Assembly: GCA_001724265.1 (NCBI GenBank)
Contig: MEDY01000235.1
Span: 1 to 46,781 of the forward strand
Source: Rhizaria sp. SCN 62-66
Lineage: Eukaryota
DNA: 46,781 nucleotides
Reading direction: 5' to 3'
Positions 1 through 12,678 of the stretch are shown piece after piece (within the stretch, counting starts at the first letter, position 1; the number at the start of each line of letters is the position of its first letter). The notes under the pieces were generated by a model. It saw only the letters and a program-made list of their open reading frames with translations, made no database searches and was not told where the DNA came from. The position numbers and the translations under genes were made by a program.

Positions 1-379
1 AGAAGATCTTGTTGGCCTCGCTCTGGGTGAGTCCGTGGCGCTTGGTGACGAGCGCGCGCTCCTGCTGCTCCGTGACCTCGATCTGGTCCAGGATAGCCAT
101 AGCCTGCGCGGACAGAGCCTCGGTCGTCACCTGGGAGTCGGCCTCGAGCGCAGAGTGGTGCAGGTCGAGCTTCGCGAAGAACTCGCGCTCCTCCGACGCA
201 GACTGCGGGAGGAGATTGAGGGCGATGCGGTTCGACGCCTGCTTAGGCTCGTCGGCATACTCCACCTCGGCGTACTCGACAGCACCCGCTCCCGAAGAAG
301 CGGCGCCATCGACGGCCGTGGCGAGCGCCGCCGTGGCGTACAACGCCACGAACAGCATGACAGAAACCAAAAACTTCAT
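1..379 (-). CDS. Secreted protein of unknown function, 5' part (runs off the window edge)
   Basis: ATG at 379 opens MKFLVSVMLFVALYATAALATAVDG...SEANKIF with no stop before base 1. It has a typical signal peptide (basic residue, hydrophobic core, ALA) and GC3-rich codons. It is absent from the ORF track because its stop lies outside the window. Confidence 0.7.
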   Translation of the reverse strand, partial: MKFLVSVMLFVALYATAALATAVDGAASSGAGAVEYAEVEYADEPKQASNRIALNLLPQSASEEREFFAKLDLHHSALEADSQVTTEALSAQAMAILDQIEVTEQQERALVTKRHGLTQSEANKIF

Positions 380-1014
380 TTTGGTTCCGCCCACACACTG
401 ATAGCAGAGCGAGCAGAGGGGCAAAACAGGAAGGGGAGGCAAGAGAAAGATGAAGTGAGAAGGGGAGCTGTGATGACGAGGGTGAATCAAACAGGGGTCT
501 CTAGCGGGTACTACAGAGCGCGCTGCGGGTTCAAAAGTACGTCCACATTGTTTTTCAGGGGAGATGATGAGCGATTTACAGCATAGTGTCCCCGTCGGCT
601 TTGTTGTCAGGTCGCACGGGGGCCTCAGAAACCAAGGTGTCTCCCTCAGTTTCACTTGGCCCTAGGGAGGAGGCTAAGGAGAGGGATGCGGCGCATTTGG
701 CAGAAATGTAGGAATATATTTGAAGAGATTCAGGGCGCCAAGATCCGTATTGCGAACGAGACCCCGGCTTCACGTTGCTTTTGCTATCACATTACCCTTC
801 GAAAGTTCCTCCTTGTCCCCTCGGTCTGGGAGGCGACTTAACTTCTTGACGCCCAGACCTTCACCACTTAAAGCTAAATATTTTGGCCTGTTTGAACAAT
901 GTAACTTTATTATTATTGCAAAAAAACAACGGTTGTATTATTTTCAGACTAATTAGCACTTAGTTTTATTAATTTTGTTTTCATGATCATTTGCATTCCC
1001 TACCATATCTTCAC

Positions 1015-2337
1015 TCAGACGCTCTTGCTGGACCACAAAACACAGCTCTGCTCGAGTCCCTGGTACGCGTACACTGGCACGTTGTACTTTTTGCGCACGC
1101 CCAACGGCACAAACCGCCCCCCCACAGCGTGCACAAACCTTGCAGCGCGCGTGGGCCCAGCTGTCCCCGACTTTCCTCCACTCTAGCCGTCCGCATGCGT
1201 TACTGCAGTTGTCGCTGCGGCCGCTTCAACCTCTGCGGTGGCCTGCTGCTGGAACGCGCGCGCGCAGCCCTTGGGCGCGGTGAGCGAGACGAGCATGTGC
1301 GGCATCACGCCGGTGCCGTAGACGTCGCCCGCGGTGACTTCCCAGCCAGACGGCACGTCGACGCTCACTGTCACGGTTGCGGTCGCAGTCGCGGCCGAGT
1401 CCGAGGCTTGCGCCGCTGAAGGGATGCTCGAGTTCACAGCAGTCGTCTTGGCCACAGACGCTGCGGCTGCGGCGGGGACACTGGTGCTGCTTTCACGCGA
1501 AATCCCGGCCTGCCAACTCTGGTTAGCTGCTGCAGCGCCAGCGCTCTTGTCGTCACTGTTGCGCAGAGATGCAGACGACTGAGCGCTGACCTTGCTGAGA
1601 AAGACGAGGAAGTCGTCAAAGGGAGCCCGCACCAGGGCGCGGATGCGGGCTTCGCAGTCTTCTGTCGCCAATGACAACGGTTGTGCGCTTTGACCGGGCA
1701 TCTGAGCGCAGGTCGCGGGTGGAGTGAAGGAGAAACCAAAGACGGAGTCGATGACGATGCTGGGAAACACCGTGTCAGCGGTGACGCAAGCGGCAGAAGC
1801 GGTGGGATCAGCCCAACCAACAACAGCAAGTGCGTTGGGAATAGAGACAGCGGTCGCAACGCCAATGTCGTTGCATTGGCGCAGCAGGGCCTAGTAGTGG
1901 CTACCGGGACGGGGCGCACGGGGCGCAGCAACAACAACCGAGTATCTATGAAGGTTACACAACGAAAAGAAGTAGATAAGTGAAGTTTGCATAGAATATC
2001 ACTACATAAGAGTATCGAAAATTCAATTTGGAGATAAAAGCTATTAGAAGTGACAATAAGCAGAGATACGAGGAAACAAAGAAGTGGTAGTTGCGTACCC
2101 TGCGTGTTTGAGATGGCGAGCTGCAACGAGCCCGTCACCACCGTTGTTGCCAGGTCCAGCCAAAACAATAACGCGAGGGAAAGAAGTGGTAGGATACTCT
2201 TTGTTGATAGCCTCTGCGCAGCTTAAACCTGCAAGTTCCATCAGCTGTTCTAACTTGAAGTTGTAGGGTCCCATGAGGTCTTCGTCCAGCGCAGCCGCTG
2301 CCGGTTGTTCCAGGTAAAACGACTCTGATGTCGACAT
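1015..2337 (-). CDS. NAXE: NAD(P)HX epimerase (YjeF-N / apoA-I binding protein); exons 2337-2099 and 1945-1015; two in-frame TAG (1893-1891, 1185-1183); ~389 aa
   Basis: Motifs [48 protein letters not shown] and C-terminal [12 protein letters not shown] all fall in one frame after removing a GT-AG intron (2098-1946) and reading through two TAGs. Ends at TGA 1017-1015. Confidence 0.9.
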
Positions 2338-2667
2338 AATTTTCGTGCTAAACTGTTTTAGTATAGACCTGTTCAAGCAAAGTGGGGCAATCGGCTTCTG
2401 ACGACGCAGGACCAACATATGGCTCATTGATTCTCGAGACCTGACTCGTTTCAAGACCCACCACAAACAACACTACAACTGTCACTGGACACGATATCAA
2501 GCTAGTAGCTTCTTTATTCAAGACAAAAAACGGTGAAACTACAAAAATACAGGTTATACATACTAGTACATAAGTTATTTCCCACGAATCCACGCGACAT
2601 ACCTTCCATGCTCAGCCCAAGACTTCTACGCACAAGAGTGATTCCAGCACTTGTGTGGAGTGGTTGT

Positions 2668-4667
2668 TTAAAGGAGCGCGACGATGATAGGCTTGTCCCA
2701 CGGGTGGGGTCCCGAGCGCGAGAGCTGGCTGGGCATGTCCACAGGCCCCGCGCTGTAGGTTGCCGCGCCAGGCGCCGCCGCGGTGCCGTTGCTCGCGAGC
2801 CGCTTGGCGCCGCTGGATCCGCTGCCGTTGCCGCTGTTGCCGCTGCCGCTGCCGTTGCCGTTGCTATTGCTGTTACCGCCGTGGGGCGTGTTAAGAGGCA
2901 GCGAGGGCGCGAAGCGCAGGTCGCGCAGACTGGACGGCGTGTACGTGCCGCCCGTCACCGCGTTCTGCACGCCCGCCTCGGCACTGCTACTCGCACTCTG
3001 TGACTGCGCAGAGCCGGCGGCGGCGGCGGCGGCGGCGGCGACAGGGTCGGCCGTCTGCGTCTGCGTCTGCTTCTGCTTCTGCTCGGTCTCGAAGTCCTGC
3101 GCGCCCTTGGAGTCCTCGCTCTCGACGGCGGCCAGCCGCAGTCTCTCGATGCTGGCGCGCGTGCCCTCGCTGGCCAGAGCGTCGCCGAAGCGCGCCGTCG
3201 CGTGTGGCATGATAGACTCAACTGTCGCCGCGTCGGGCAGGCGCCGCACCACCGACGCGGACACGCCATACTCGCCCTCGCCCTTGCCCTTGGCCTTGCT
3301 GCCGTCGCCCTTGCTACCCCCACCGCTGACACCGCTGCTGTTGCTGCTCGCGTCGGCGTTGGAATTAGCAGCGGCGGCCGCGGCGGCGCCGAGCGTAGAC
3401 TGGGGGTCCTTGAGGAGCTTTGCGATGACGGGCGAGGGCGAGGAGGCCGCCGAGACGGGGTCGCGCACGCGCACGAGCGCCTCCTGGATGACGGTGACGA
3501 CGTGCACGCCCTGCTGCGTGAAGACCTTGCCGATGAGCAGGCAGCGCGAGCCCTTCATGCGCTCGCAGATAACGTCGTAGAGCAGCCACTCGTCCGCGCG
3601 GAAATCGGGGTCGTGGAAGTATATAGTGTGGTCCAGCGACGAGGGCTTGACGTTGGGGTCGAACGACACGAGGCCGTGCGCCTTGGTGGCCACACCGATG
3701 ATGCCCCAGTCGCTGAGGTACGCCAGCGCGACGTGGTGCACCGTCTGCTGGTTCGGCAGCCGCCCGCGCACGCGCATCCACACGCGACGGTGCGGCGCGC
3801 GCAGCGGCGGCGTCGAGGACCACGCGTCCCAGGAGCCGTCGAAGTCGTCGGTCCATTTGATGTCGAACGGGATGGGTTGCACGGCCGAGCGCGCGAGCAT
3901 CTTGCGCGTGCGCAGCGGCAGCCGCGCGTCCTGCGCCAGCTCGCGCATCTGCGTGTTGATCAACGGCAGCGCGTCGGGGTGCGGCACGTCGGGCATCGGC
4001 AGCTGGTGCTCCAGCGGAACCTTCTCGCGCGAGCAGAAGTTGACGGCGCACGTGAAGATCGGCACGCCCGCCTGCACGGCCACCACACGGCGCGCGCAAA
4101 ACGACGGCGAGTCCTTGAGATTGTCGACGTAGTACAGGATGCCCGAGTCGTCGTCGCCGGCACGCAGGAAGTACGAGTGCAACGAGTGGATCGAGTACTT
4201 GCTCGCGTCCACCGTGCGCTGCGCCGACACGATCGCCTGCGAGACGGTCTGGCCACTAAAGACATGTAGGGGCAAAAACACACATGTAAAGACGTATTCT
4301 AGCTGTAAGCTATGGCTTAGAAAGCAAATGTTAGACGAGAAAACAAGACAGTAAAGGAGTTGAACGAGTCAAGAGCTAGAGAAGTACGTACCCATAGACG
4401 CGGCCCCAGCGGGGCTCAGCGGGCGACCAACCACGGAAAACATTGACGTCAATCTCTGTCAAGACATGAAAAAGTAGGTAGAGGTAAAAAATGCGTGATG
4501 AGTGAGTAAATGGGCAGGTATATCGAAAGAAAAACGACGTGGAGGGGGAGAAAGTGGTCGGGAAACAGACCTTCAAGCTCGAGGATTTCCTTCAGAGCGG
4601 TCGCAGCCGTAGCCGGGGCGTCATCGTTGCCCGCGGACGAAGTGTTGCGTTCAGCCGCGGTAAGCAT
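2668..4667 (-). CDS. ACOT8: Acyl-CoA thioesterase II (TesB/ACOT8 family) with long C-terminal low-complexity extension; exons 4667-4571, 4455-4392, 4255-2668; ~582 aa
   Basis: Splicing two GT-AG introns restores LELEEIDVNVFRG...RVYGGQTVSQA. Also has HSLHSYFLRAGD, LAYLSD, SLDHTIYFH, RADEWLLY and QEALVR. Ends at TAA. Confidence 0.88.
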
Positions 4668-5316
4668 AGTTCGCAGAAAACAAGTCTAGGTTGCAAGGAG
4701 ATGGCGCAAAGCTGTGTGGCAAGAGGGAAGTTGGACGGTTGAAGGAGCCCTACATTCCGGCCAAAAGAAAGAACGTCAAAATAAGTATTACAGTGAGATT
4801 ATGGAGATACAGCATTTAAAATATTACAGAATATTCAGTGTACATATAAACTGTGGCGATTTCAAACCATTTGACGATTGTTATTGCGTTCAAATTTGCT
4901 ATTCCCAAAGTCGGCGACGTGAGCCGACGGGCTGTCATCGAAGCCGAACAGTTCGCAAAAAATCGATCAGTTAAGTTTTGTGGTTAGTTTGATCTTATGG
5001 TTGTGCACCGTTTTCCATCGTCATACAGCTGAGATATTGCCACTCCAAGATATCAGCGACAGGTCACTACTTATATCCTTTATTATGCGTCTAGAAAACC
5101 CGATCTCTGATTACAAAAGTTTATTTTTCACTCTGACCACGACGTCGCGTTTCAACGACTCTCTTCCTAACTTTCAATCATGCATTTCGTTCTCTTATTT
5201 TTCTCTTTTCAATTCCAAACTCATAGGCCCTTTTTATCAAGCGCGTTAATACCACAAAAGCGCTCCATTCATCCTACCCAGCGCTTTTTTCCCGACCTAC
5301 ACAAGTTCTTATTCGA

Positions 5317-6393
5317 ATGTCGCGTCGCGTCGACGCCGACGCCGAGGCGATGCGCCGCGAGCTCGCCGCCTACCCATCCGGCGGCGACAGCGGCTCCGCT
5401 TTCTCTGCTGGCCTGTCGCCCGCCGCGGCTCGCGCGCGCGCCGGCCGCCCCCACCCTCGCCACCGCGGCCATGGTAGCTCGAACACCACCGGTGACGACG
5501 ACGGCGAAGACGACCCGTCGTCCTGGGTAACGTCCTCGCGCCCCCGCGGCGCGTCTGCGCGCGAGCACCACGGCTCCCACAGCGGCGGCCACGCGGGCCA
5601 CGTGAGCGCCGCGAGCGAGGAGGCGTACGCGCGCGAGCTGGCGGACCGGAACCTGGGCGCGCTGCGCGACACGCACGCGACGCTGGCCGACGCGCAGCGC
5701 ACGGGCGAGGCCACGGCGGCACGTCTGGCGCAGCAGGGCGAGCAGCTGCGCCGCGTCGAGGGCGACCTGGACAAGACAAACCACACGCTCTCGCTCTCGC
5801 AGCGCGTGCTGGGCGGCATGCAGAGCTTTGGCACCGCGTTCGCGAACATGTTCACCTCCGCCCCCAAGCCTCTGCCCGCGCCAGAGCCCGCCGCCGCTAA
5901 CGCCAGTGCACAGACCGCGTCGGCCAGGGGCTCGCCCGCGCTCGCGCCGACGCGGGGACAGCAGCAGTCGCAGCAGCAGCAGCAGCAGCAGCAGCAGCGG
6001 GGCAACTACAGCAGCAACGGCGGCTACAACATCGGCTCTGGCTCTGGCTCTGGCTCTGGCTTTGGCGCTGCTAGCGCTGCTAGCGCTGCTAGCGCTGCTG
6101 GCGCAGGCGCTGGCGCAGGCGCTGGCAAGGGCCGGAGTGGCGCCGCGGTCGCCGTGGGCGCCGGCGCCGGCGACGAGGACACGCTGGCGTACGTGCGGCA
6201 GCGGCGCGCGGAGGAGGAGGCCGTGCTGGACGACTTCGCCAACTCGCTCGAGGACCTGAAGCGCGTGTCGCTGGCTATGAACAGCGAGCTCAAGAGCCAG
6301 GCGCAGGCGCTCGACCGCATCGACGACAAGATGGCACTCGCCAAAGGGCGCATGACCGAGCAGACCAAAACCATGGACCGGATGCTCAAGTGA
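5317..6393 (+). CDS. SNAP-25/SNAP-33/Sec9-like Qbc-SNARE
   Basis: Two SNARE heptad motifs (GEATAARLAQQGEQLRRVEGDLD; LKRVSLAMNSELKSQAQALDRIDDK) joined by a low-complexity linker. No transmembrane anchor, intronless, ends at TGA. Confidence 0.85.
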   Translation: MSRRVDADAEAMRRELAAYPSGGDSGSAFSAGLSPAAARARAGRPHPRHRGHGSSNTTGDDDGEDDPSSWVTSSRPRGASAREHHGSHSGGHAGHVSAASEEAYARELADRNLGALRDTHATLADAQRTGEATAARLAQQGEQLRRVEGDLDKTNHTLSLSQRVLGGMQSFGTAFANMFTSAPKPLPAPEPAAANASAQTASARGSPALAPTRGQQQSQQQQQQQQQRGNYSSNGGYNIGSGSGSGSGFGAASAASAASAAGAGAGAGAGKGRSGAAVAVGAGAGDEDTLAYVRQRRAEEEAVLDDFANSLEDLKRVSLAMNSELKSQAQALDRIDDKMALAKGRMTEQTKTMDRMLK

Positions 6394-6871
6394 GGGCGGG
6401 CTGGTCAGCGATGCGAGAACGAGTAGGTTTGCGTGTAAAGTAAAAGTTGTGAGCTGAGTTGGAATGAACTCTTTGAATGAAGGAGGGTCAGTTCTAAAGT
6501 GATTTTAAGTGTAAATTGTTATGTTTGAGGCGCAACAGAGCTCTTTAAGTACTATATGCGAAGAAAAGGTCCTCATGAATACATCATCAGTGTCATAATT
6601 GTATATTTCTTTCTTTGACCGCTGTCGCAGGGCACAACGGATACTTGCTTGTTGAGAGCTTGAATGATAATGTTGGTATCAAACGAGTTTGATCGTCAAT
6701 ACGAATATGTTTTCAATACTCAGACACTTCACGAGTTATTATATACTCCCGTGATTTCATAGTTGAGGTTCAGCGATATAGACAGTATAATCCACCTTCA
6801 ATCTTCCCCACTCTCCCACTATCTTCGACCTGATCGCTTTGTTGTCATTTTGTTTCGTTTTCCAGGCGCGC

Positions 6872-8499
6872 ATGTGGGTTTCTTTGAGCGTGCCCTCAGC
6901 GATCGCGTCCGTGCTAGTGGTGTACGCAATCTACATTGCGCCGCGGTTTGTGTGGCCGCTGGTGTACTGGGAACGCCGCGGCATACCACTGACCGACCCC
7001 AACATCGTCTTCCGTCGCATGCTCGGCATTTTCGCCATGACGGCGCTGCTACCGCCACTTTTCCTTTACACCTTCTCCACCTCAGACGCGCCCGCGTTGT
7101 CTGTGCTCTTTTCAGCGCACGCGGGCACCGCGGGGCCCTCGCTGCTAGCGTGGCTGGGCCTCTCCGCCTACGGCGGCGGCGTCGGCTCGTTCGTGCTCTA
7201 TCACTCGCTCGCCGTCGCCGCCGCTGTCGCGCTCGTGCTCCTCATGCTCGCGGGCCCGCTCTTCGCGATTGCCGTCGAAGCCGCGCTCACGCAATTCCCC
7301 CCCGAGTCTAACGCCAATACCAGCAGCAGTGCCAGCAGCAATGGCAGTGGCAGGGGTGTTGGCGACGACGGCACCCCGCGCTTCCTGCCGGCCGTAGCCC
7401 CCCGCGCGGCGTCGCTGTCCGCGGCGCTGCCTTCGCTGCAGCGCTGGGCCGCGAGCGTCTGGCGCGGCTACAGCGCCCGCGGCGGACTGCTCGCGGTCTT
7501 CCGTCAGCACTGCGCCGAGTTTTTCGGTCCCGCCACGATCGCGGCGGCCTGGCGCGCCGCGCTGCCCGGCATGCGCGCAGAGCTACGGGACGAGCTGCCC
7601 TGGCTGCTCCGCTCCTGGCTCAGCGGCAGCAAGGCGGGGAACAAGGCAGAGAGTAAGAGCGACGATAACAAGACTTCTGTGACCGACAGTAGGGGCGGCA
7701 TCAGCATCAGCAACCACAGCAGCCGCAGTGAGAGTGGTCAGAGCGGTCAGAGCGGTGAGAGTGTGGTGGCGCGCTTTGGCGACGAGGCCTCCTGGCGCGT
7801 GCCCAACCCCGTGCGGCCCTGCACGCTCAACAACGCGCGCGCGGTCATAGCCTCGGTCACGTACGTTTCGTGCCTAACCCTTGATTCTCTCTGCGAGCGA
7901 TTTCACTGATGATGCAGTATTTAAACATGTATTCCTACTATTTCAGACAAGCTCAACTTAAATTACAGCGTTTATTGTTGCATTTATTTAAAATAGGACA
8001 ATTCTTTTATATCACTGCCATTTACTGTTGTTTTCTCTCTTCTCTTTTCTCCCTTAGCGAGGAGGTGCTGATGCGCGCGCTGGCGTGCTCGCTGCTGCGC
8101 GCGGCGGGGCTGTCGCGCGGCTGGACGCTGGCGCTGTCGTCGCTGCTCTTCGGGCTTATCCACATCCCGGGCCACTACCCGCTGATGGCCCGCGCGGTGC
8201 GGCCGCCGCTGGCGCGCGTGCTGCTGCGCGCGCTGCCGCAGGTCGCCTACACGGCCGTCTTCGGCGCCGTCGCGGGCGCCTTTCTGCTGCGCACGGGCTC
8301 GCTTGCCGCACCCGTGGCCGCGCACGTGCTATGCAACTGGGCCGCGCGCGCGCTGCCCGAGCCGGGTTTCATGCACGCCGACAGCGCGGCGTGGGGGCTG
8401 CGCCGCGCGCTCTGGTGCGGCTGCGCGCTCGGCGTCGCCGCGTGCGTCGCGGCCTTCCCCTGGATCGCCAACGCGGACTTTTTTGCGCCCGAGATCTGA
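6872..8499 (+). CDS. RCE1: Type II CAAX prenyl protease (Rce1/CPBP family); exons 6872-7860 and 8058-8499
   Basis: Multiple hydrophobic helices. Removing intron 7861-8057 (GTACGT...CCCTTAG) gives VTEEVLMR (EExxxR), followed by FGLIH and HVLCN, the three CPBP motifs. Ends at TGA. The start is uncertain because a splice-acceptor-like site lies at 6864-6865. Confidence 0.8.
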
Positions 8500-8940
8500 G
8501 TGGGGTGCAGTGTGGCGCTGGCTGACGGCAGCAGAGCGGCTGGACTGGTGTCGCACTGACGAGGACGTGCCGAGTCACTGAAACGCTGCGTTTAGGTGAC
8601 GATTGAAAATATGGGGAGATATAGGGTATATAGCACGGCTTCGAGTTGCAAAGTATTATGATGTGGCACTTCAAGTTGTGATAATTACATAGTTGTTGAA
8701 TTCAAATACAAATCAGGTCAAGATCATTCCGATATCAATTGTTGGTTTGCGACTTTGGGTGTCGCCAGAGCTGTTTTTCAGGACGCCAGCCACCGATTCG
8801 GTCGGTTGGCTGACCGTCGGAGTCAAGAGCCGTTACTGCAGCGCGTTTTCATTGCGTACGAACTACAGAATCCGTTAAGGGAATCCAGAACAGCAAAACA
8901 AGTGAGTTGAGAGACGGATTTGTCTAAATTCGATTTCAAA

Positions 8941-11900
8941 ATGGCAGTAAGGTTGAACCCATTGTCTACATCCAAGGGTCAAAAGTACCTGTGTGAGGTT
9001 CGTCTTTCCCCCCATCTCCCACCGTCTCCCTACCACTTTCTTGTCTTTCATGCTTCGCATTTACGCTTCTCACTATAACCGTACGATTGCTTACTACTTT
9101 ATCTCACAGCTTTGCGGCAAGGTCGCGACGCTGGCATGCCAGCACTGCCGCGTGACGTACTATTGCTCGCGTGAGCACCAGTCTGTCGACTGGTTCGGCA
9201 TCCACGAGAAGATTTGCCAGCTGCTCGGCGCGCTGCGCACTCTGCGCTCGACACTGGGCTCCGAGGACGAACGCCAGCGCCGGCAGCTGACGGTGCAGAT
9301 GTCACAGCACGCGCTGATCGACCTGTGCAAGAACGAGGCACAAAAGCACCTGGTGCAGGGCCAGTACGAGCTCGCCATCCCAGGCGCGCTGCAGTCGCTG
9401 CGCTTCTCCATGGAGGTATACGGCGCGGGCCGCATCGAGCTGGTGCCGGCGTACTTGCTCCTGGCCGAGTCGAACCTGGGGCTGCGCCGCCTGCGCGTGG
9501 CAGAGGAGTTCCTGCTCTACGCCAACTGGTCCGTGCTCAAGAACCCGCAGTGCTCGAACGAGATCAAGTCGCAGCTGTGCCGCAACTTCGGCAAGCTCTA
9601 CGCGTGCCAGAAGCGCTACGGCGACGCGCTGACGCAGCTGGCGCACGACGTGTACTACACGTCCCTGGCCTCGGGTCCCGAGCACGTCGACACTGCGGGC
9701 GGCTACTTCTACCTGGGCGACGTATGGATGATGCTCAACCAGCTGGAGAACGCGCTGGCCTTCTTCGACAAGGTCGTCGACATCTGGTACAAGTTCCTCG
9801 TCAACCTGCGCCACCGGCCGCACGAGTCGATCGCGGACTACCTCTCCGAGGCGCACATCTCTGAGGCGCTGGAGATGCTGCGCACCGTGCTCGAGACGAG
9901 GCGCCACCACCTGGGCGCGGCGCACATCGCGACCGGCGAGACGGCCTACGCGCTGGGCATCCTGTCGCACCTCACGGGCCGCGAGGGCGAGGCCAAGCAC
10001 TACTACCTGGCCGCGCAGGCCGTGTACGCGCTGCAACTAGGCGAGGCCAACGAGGCCACGCGCGCCATCGCCGCCGCCGTCGCCGCGCTCACCGGCGTCG
10101 ACGCCGCCGAGCCCCCCGCCGGCGCAGTCCCGCCCGCCTACCACCAGCGCAAGCTCAACGACCCGGACGCTGCCGAGGCCGAGGCCGACGCCGACGCCGA
10201 CGCGGACGCCGACGCCGACACCGTTGACGCCAGCGTTGTAGCGAACGCGGCACACACCGGCGCTGGCGCTGAGGACGCGGGCGTCTCGGGTGGCGCGGGC
10301 GCGGGTCTGTTCGCGAGCATGCGCGCGGGCGAGATGGGCGGCGCGGCGGGCGTGGTGGCGGCGCTGGTGCAGGGCCAGGCCGCGGCGGACGCGGCGCCCG
10401 GCGCGGAGCAGCGCGCGCAGGCCCAGCAGGCCCGCATGGCCGGCGCGGTCGAGAACGGCGAGGAGCTCATGGCCGAGGCGCAGAGGCAGGAGCAGGCGCA
10501 CGCGCGCGCACACGCGCAGGCGCACGCGCATCATGCCGCCGAGGCTCAGGCCCATGCAGAGGCTGAGGCTGAGGCTGAGCACGGTCACCACGGCCGCCAT
10601 GACGCCGAGCACGGTGGCGAGCGCGGCGGGCACCACGAGGAGCAGGCACAGGAGCATCAGCAGGAGTCGCAGGGTGCTGAGGCTTCTGAGGCTGCTGCTG
10701 CCGAGGCCGAGGCTGAGGTTGCCGCTGATGCTGAGGCTGCTGAGGCCGAGGCAAGCGGCGAGATGAATGCTGAGGCTGAGACTGAGGCTGAGGCGGAGGC
10801 TGCTGCTGAGCACAACAATGATGAGGTGACTCCGGCTGCTGCCAACGCTGACGCTGACGCTGACACTGGCGCTGATACTGGCGCTGACACTGGCGCTGGC
10901 GCTGGCGCTGAGCCTGAGAACGACGATCAAGCTGCTGCTGCGGAGGCAGAGGCCGAGTCTGAGGCTGCTGTTGAGGCTAATGCTGAGGCGGAAGATGCTG
11001 ATGCTGACGCGGTCGCCACTGATGATGGTGATGCTGGTGCTAGCGTTGACGCTGGTGCGAGCGCTGAAGCGGCTGATGCTGCTGCGGCCGAAGACGCTAC
11101 CGAGCCTGCTTCTATGGAGACTGCGGCTGCCGATGAGGCCGCTGCTACCGCAGGCGCTGACGCTGACGCCGAAGCTGCGGCTGACGCTGCGGCTGCGGAG
11201 GCCGAGCCGAGCGCGGCGCAGCTCGCGTCCCCACGCGCGCTTGTCACCGAAGAGGAGGACGACAACGCTGCGGAGGCCGCCGCCGCTTCCGCCAGCAGCA
11301 AGGCCGCCGAGGCCGGGGCCGAGCCTCAGCCCGAGTCTGAGGCTGCTGCTGCTGCTGACGATGTTGACGCTGCTGCCGAGGCCGAGCCTGAGGCTGCTGC
11401 AGAGGCTGCTGACGTTGACGTTAACGCTGACGCTGCGGCTGAGCCTGCTGCCGATGAGCCCGCTGCTACTGAGGAGAGTGCTGACGCCGAAGCCGACGCT
11501 GGTGCTGCTGCCGCTGCTGCTGAGGCCGAGGCCGAGGCCGCTGCGGAGGCCGCTGCCGAGGCTGAGGCTGCCGCTGCCGCCGCGGCCGCGAACGCCGACG
11601 ACGGCAGCGGCGACGCGGCGCTAGCCGCGCTCGAGGACGGCGACGTGGACGGCGATGTCATCGCGCTGGCGGCGGCGGCGATGGAGCCCGTCGTGGCGGG
11701 CACGCTGCACGCCGCCTTCGTCGCGCTTGCGCACCCCGCGTCTGCGGCGCCAGCCGACGCCGAGACTGAGGGCGCGGAGCCCGCGGCGGTGCTGGTGGTG
11801 AACAAGGCGCAGCTCTACTCGCTGGTCATGTCCGCGTCGCAGGCACTGCACGTGCTGTCGGGGCCCGACGCCGACGCGGGCGACGCCGACGCACAGGCCG

Positions 11901-12415
11901 CACGCGCCGAGGCCGAGGCCACGATGGCGGCGCTGCCTCCGGGCGTGGCCGCGGGCGACTGCGAGGCGCTCACGGGGCTGCTGATGGGCCCGCCGTTCGA
12001 GCAGTCGCTGCTGCTCGAGGTGCTAGCCACGGCCGCCTCGGCCGACGCCGCGGCGTACGAGGCCGCGCAGAACGGCGACGAGGACGCAGCCGCCGCGCTC
12101 GCCGCGGGCGCGGGCCCCGGCGGTGCGGCAACACTGCCCGAGCTCATGGCGCTGGGCGCCGTCGACGCGGAGCTGCGCCGTGCCTTTATGGCTGCCTACG
12201 CAGCCGGCGGCGGCGCGCTCGACGACGCGGGCGCCTTTCCGCCCGACGCCGCCGCGGACGCGGGCGCGGTGGCACGCGAGGTTGCCGCCAGCGCGACGCT
12301 GCGCGCGATGCTGCCCTACGTCGGCGTCGACTCGGATGCCGTGGTGGACGCGCTCAGCCGCGCAGAGGGCGGCGCAGTCGGGCCCGCGTACCTCTTCGAC
12401 CTCCTCCGCGGCTGA
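8941..12415 (+). CDS. ZMYND12: ZMYND12-like MYND zinc finger/TPR-like ciliary protein with long acidic extension; exons 8941-8997 and 9110-12415; ~1120 aa
   Basis: Spliced N-terminus MAVRLNPLSTSKGQKYLCELCGKVATLACQHCRVTYYCSREHQSVDWFGIHEKICQLL, plus ELVPAYLLLAESNLGL and LCRNFGKLY, matches my recollection of ZMYND12. GT-AG intron 8998-9109. Ends at TGA. Confidence 0.85.
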
Positions 12416-12678
12416 GCGAATAGCAGTGATAACAGCAATGCCAGCCCTTAAAACGCACGTGCTTAAGAATCGAAGTGCGAGTGTAATGTGACATAGCCAG
12501 TGTTTATGCATGCTCTCTCTTCGCACATTTCGCACCATAATGAGTCTCATATATTAGTGTTAGTATTAGAACAAGAAAATAAACAATAGCTTTGTATTAC
12601 TGAGCAAAATAATATAATAATCGAATCACATGAGAGAGACTGACGTGGTGCGTCAATTCGCGTCGCAATAAACGTCGC

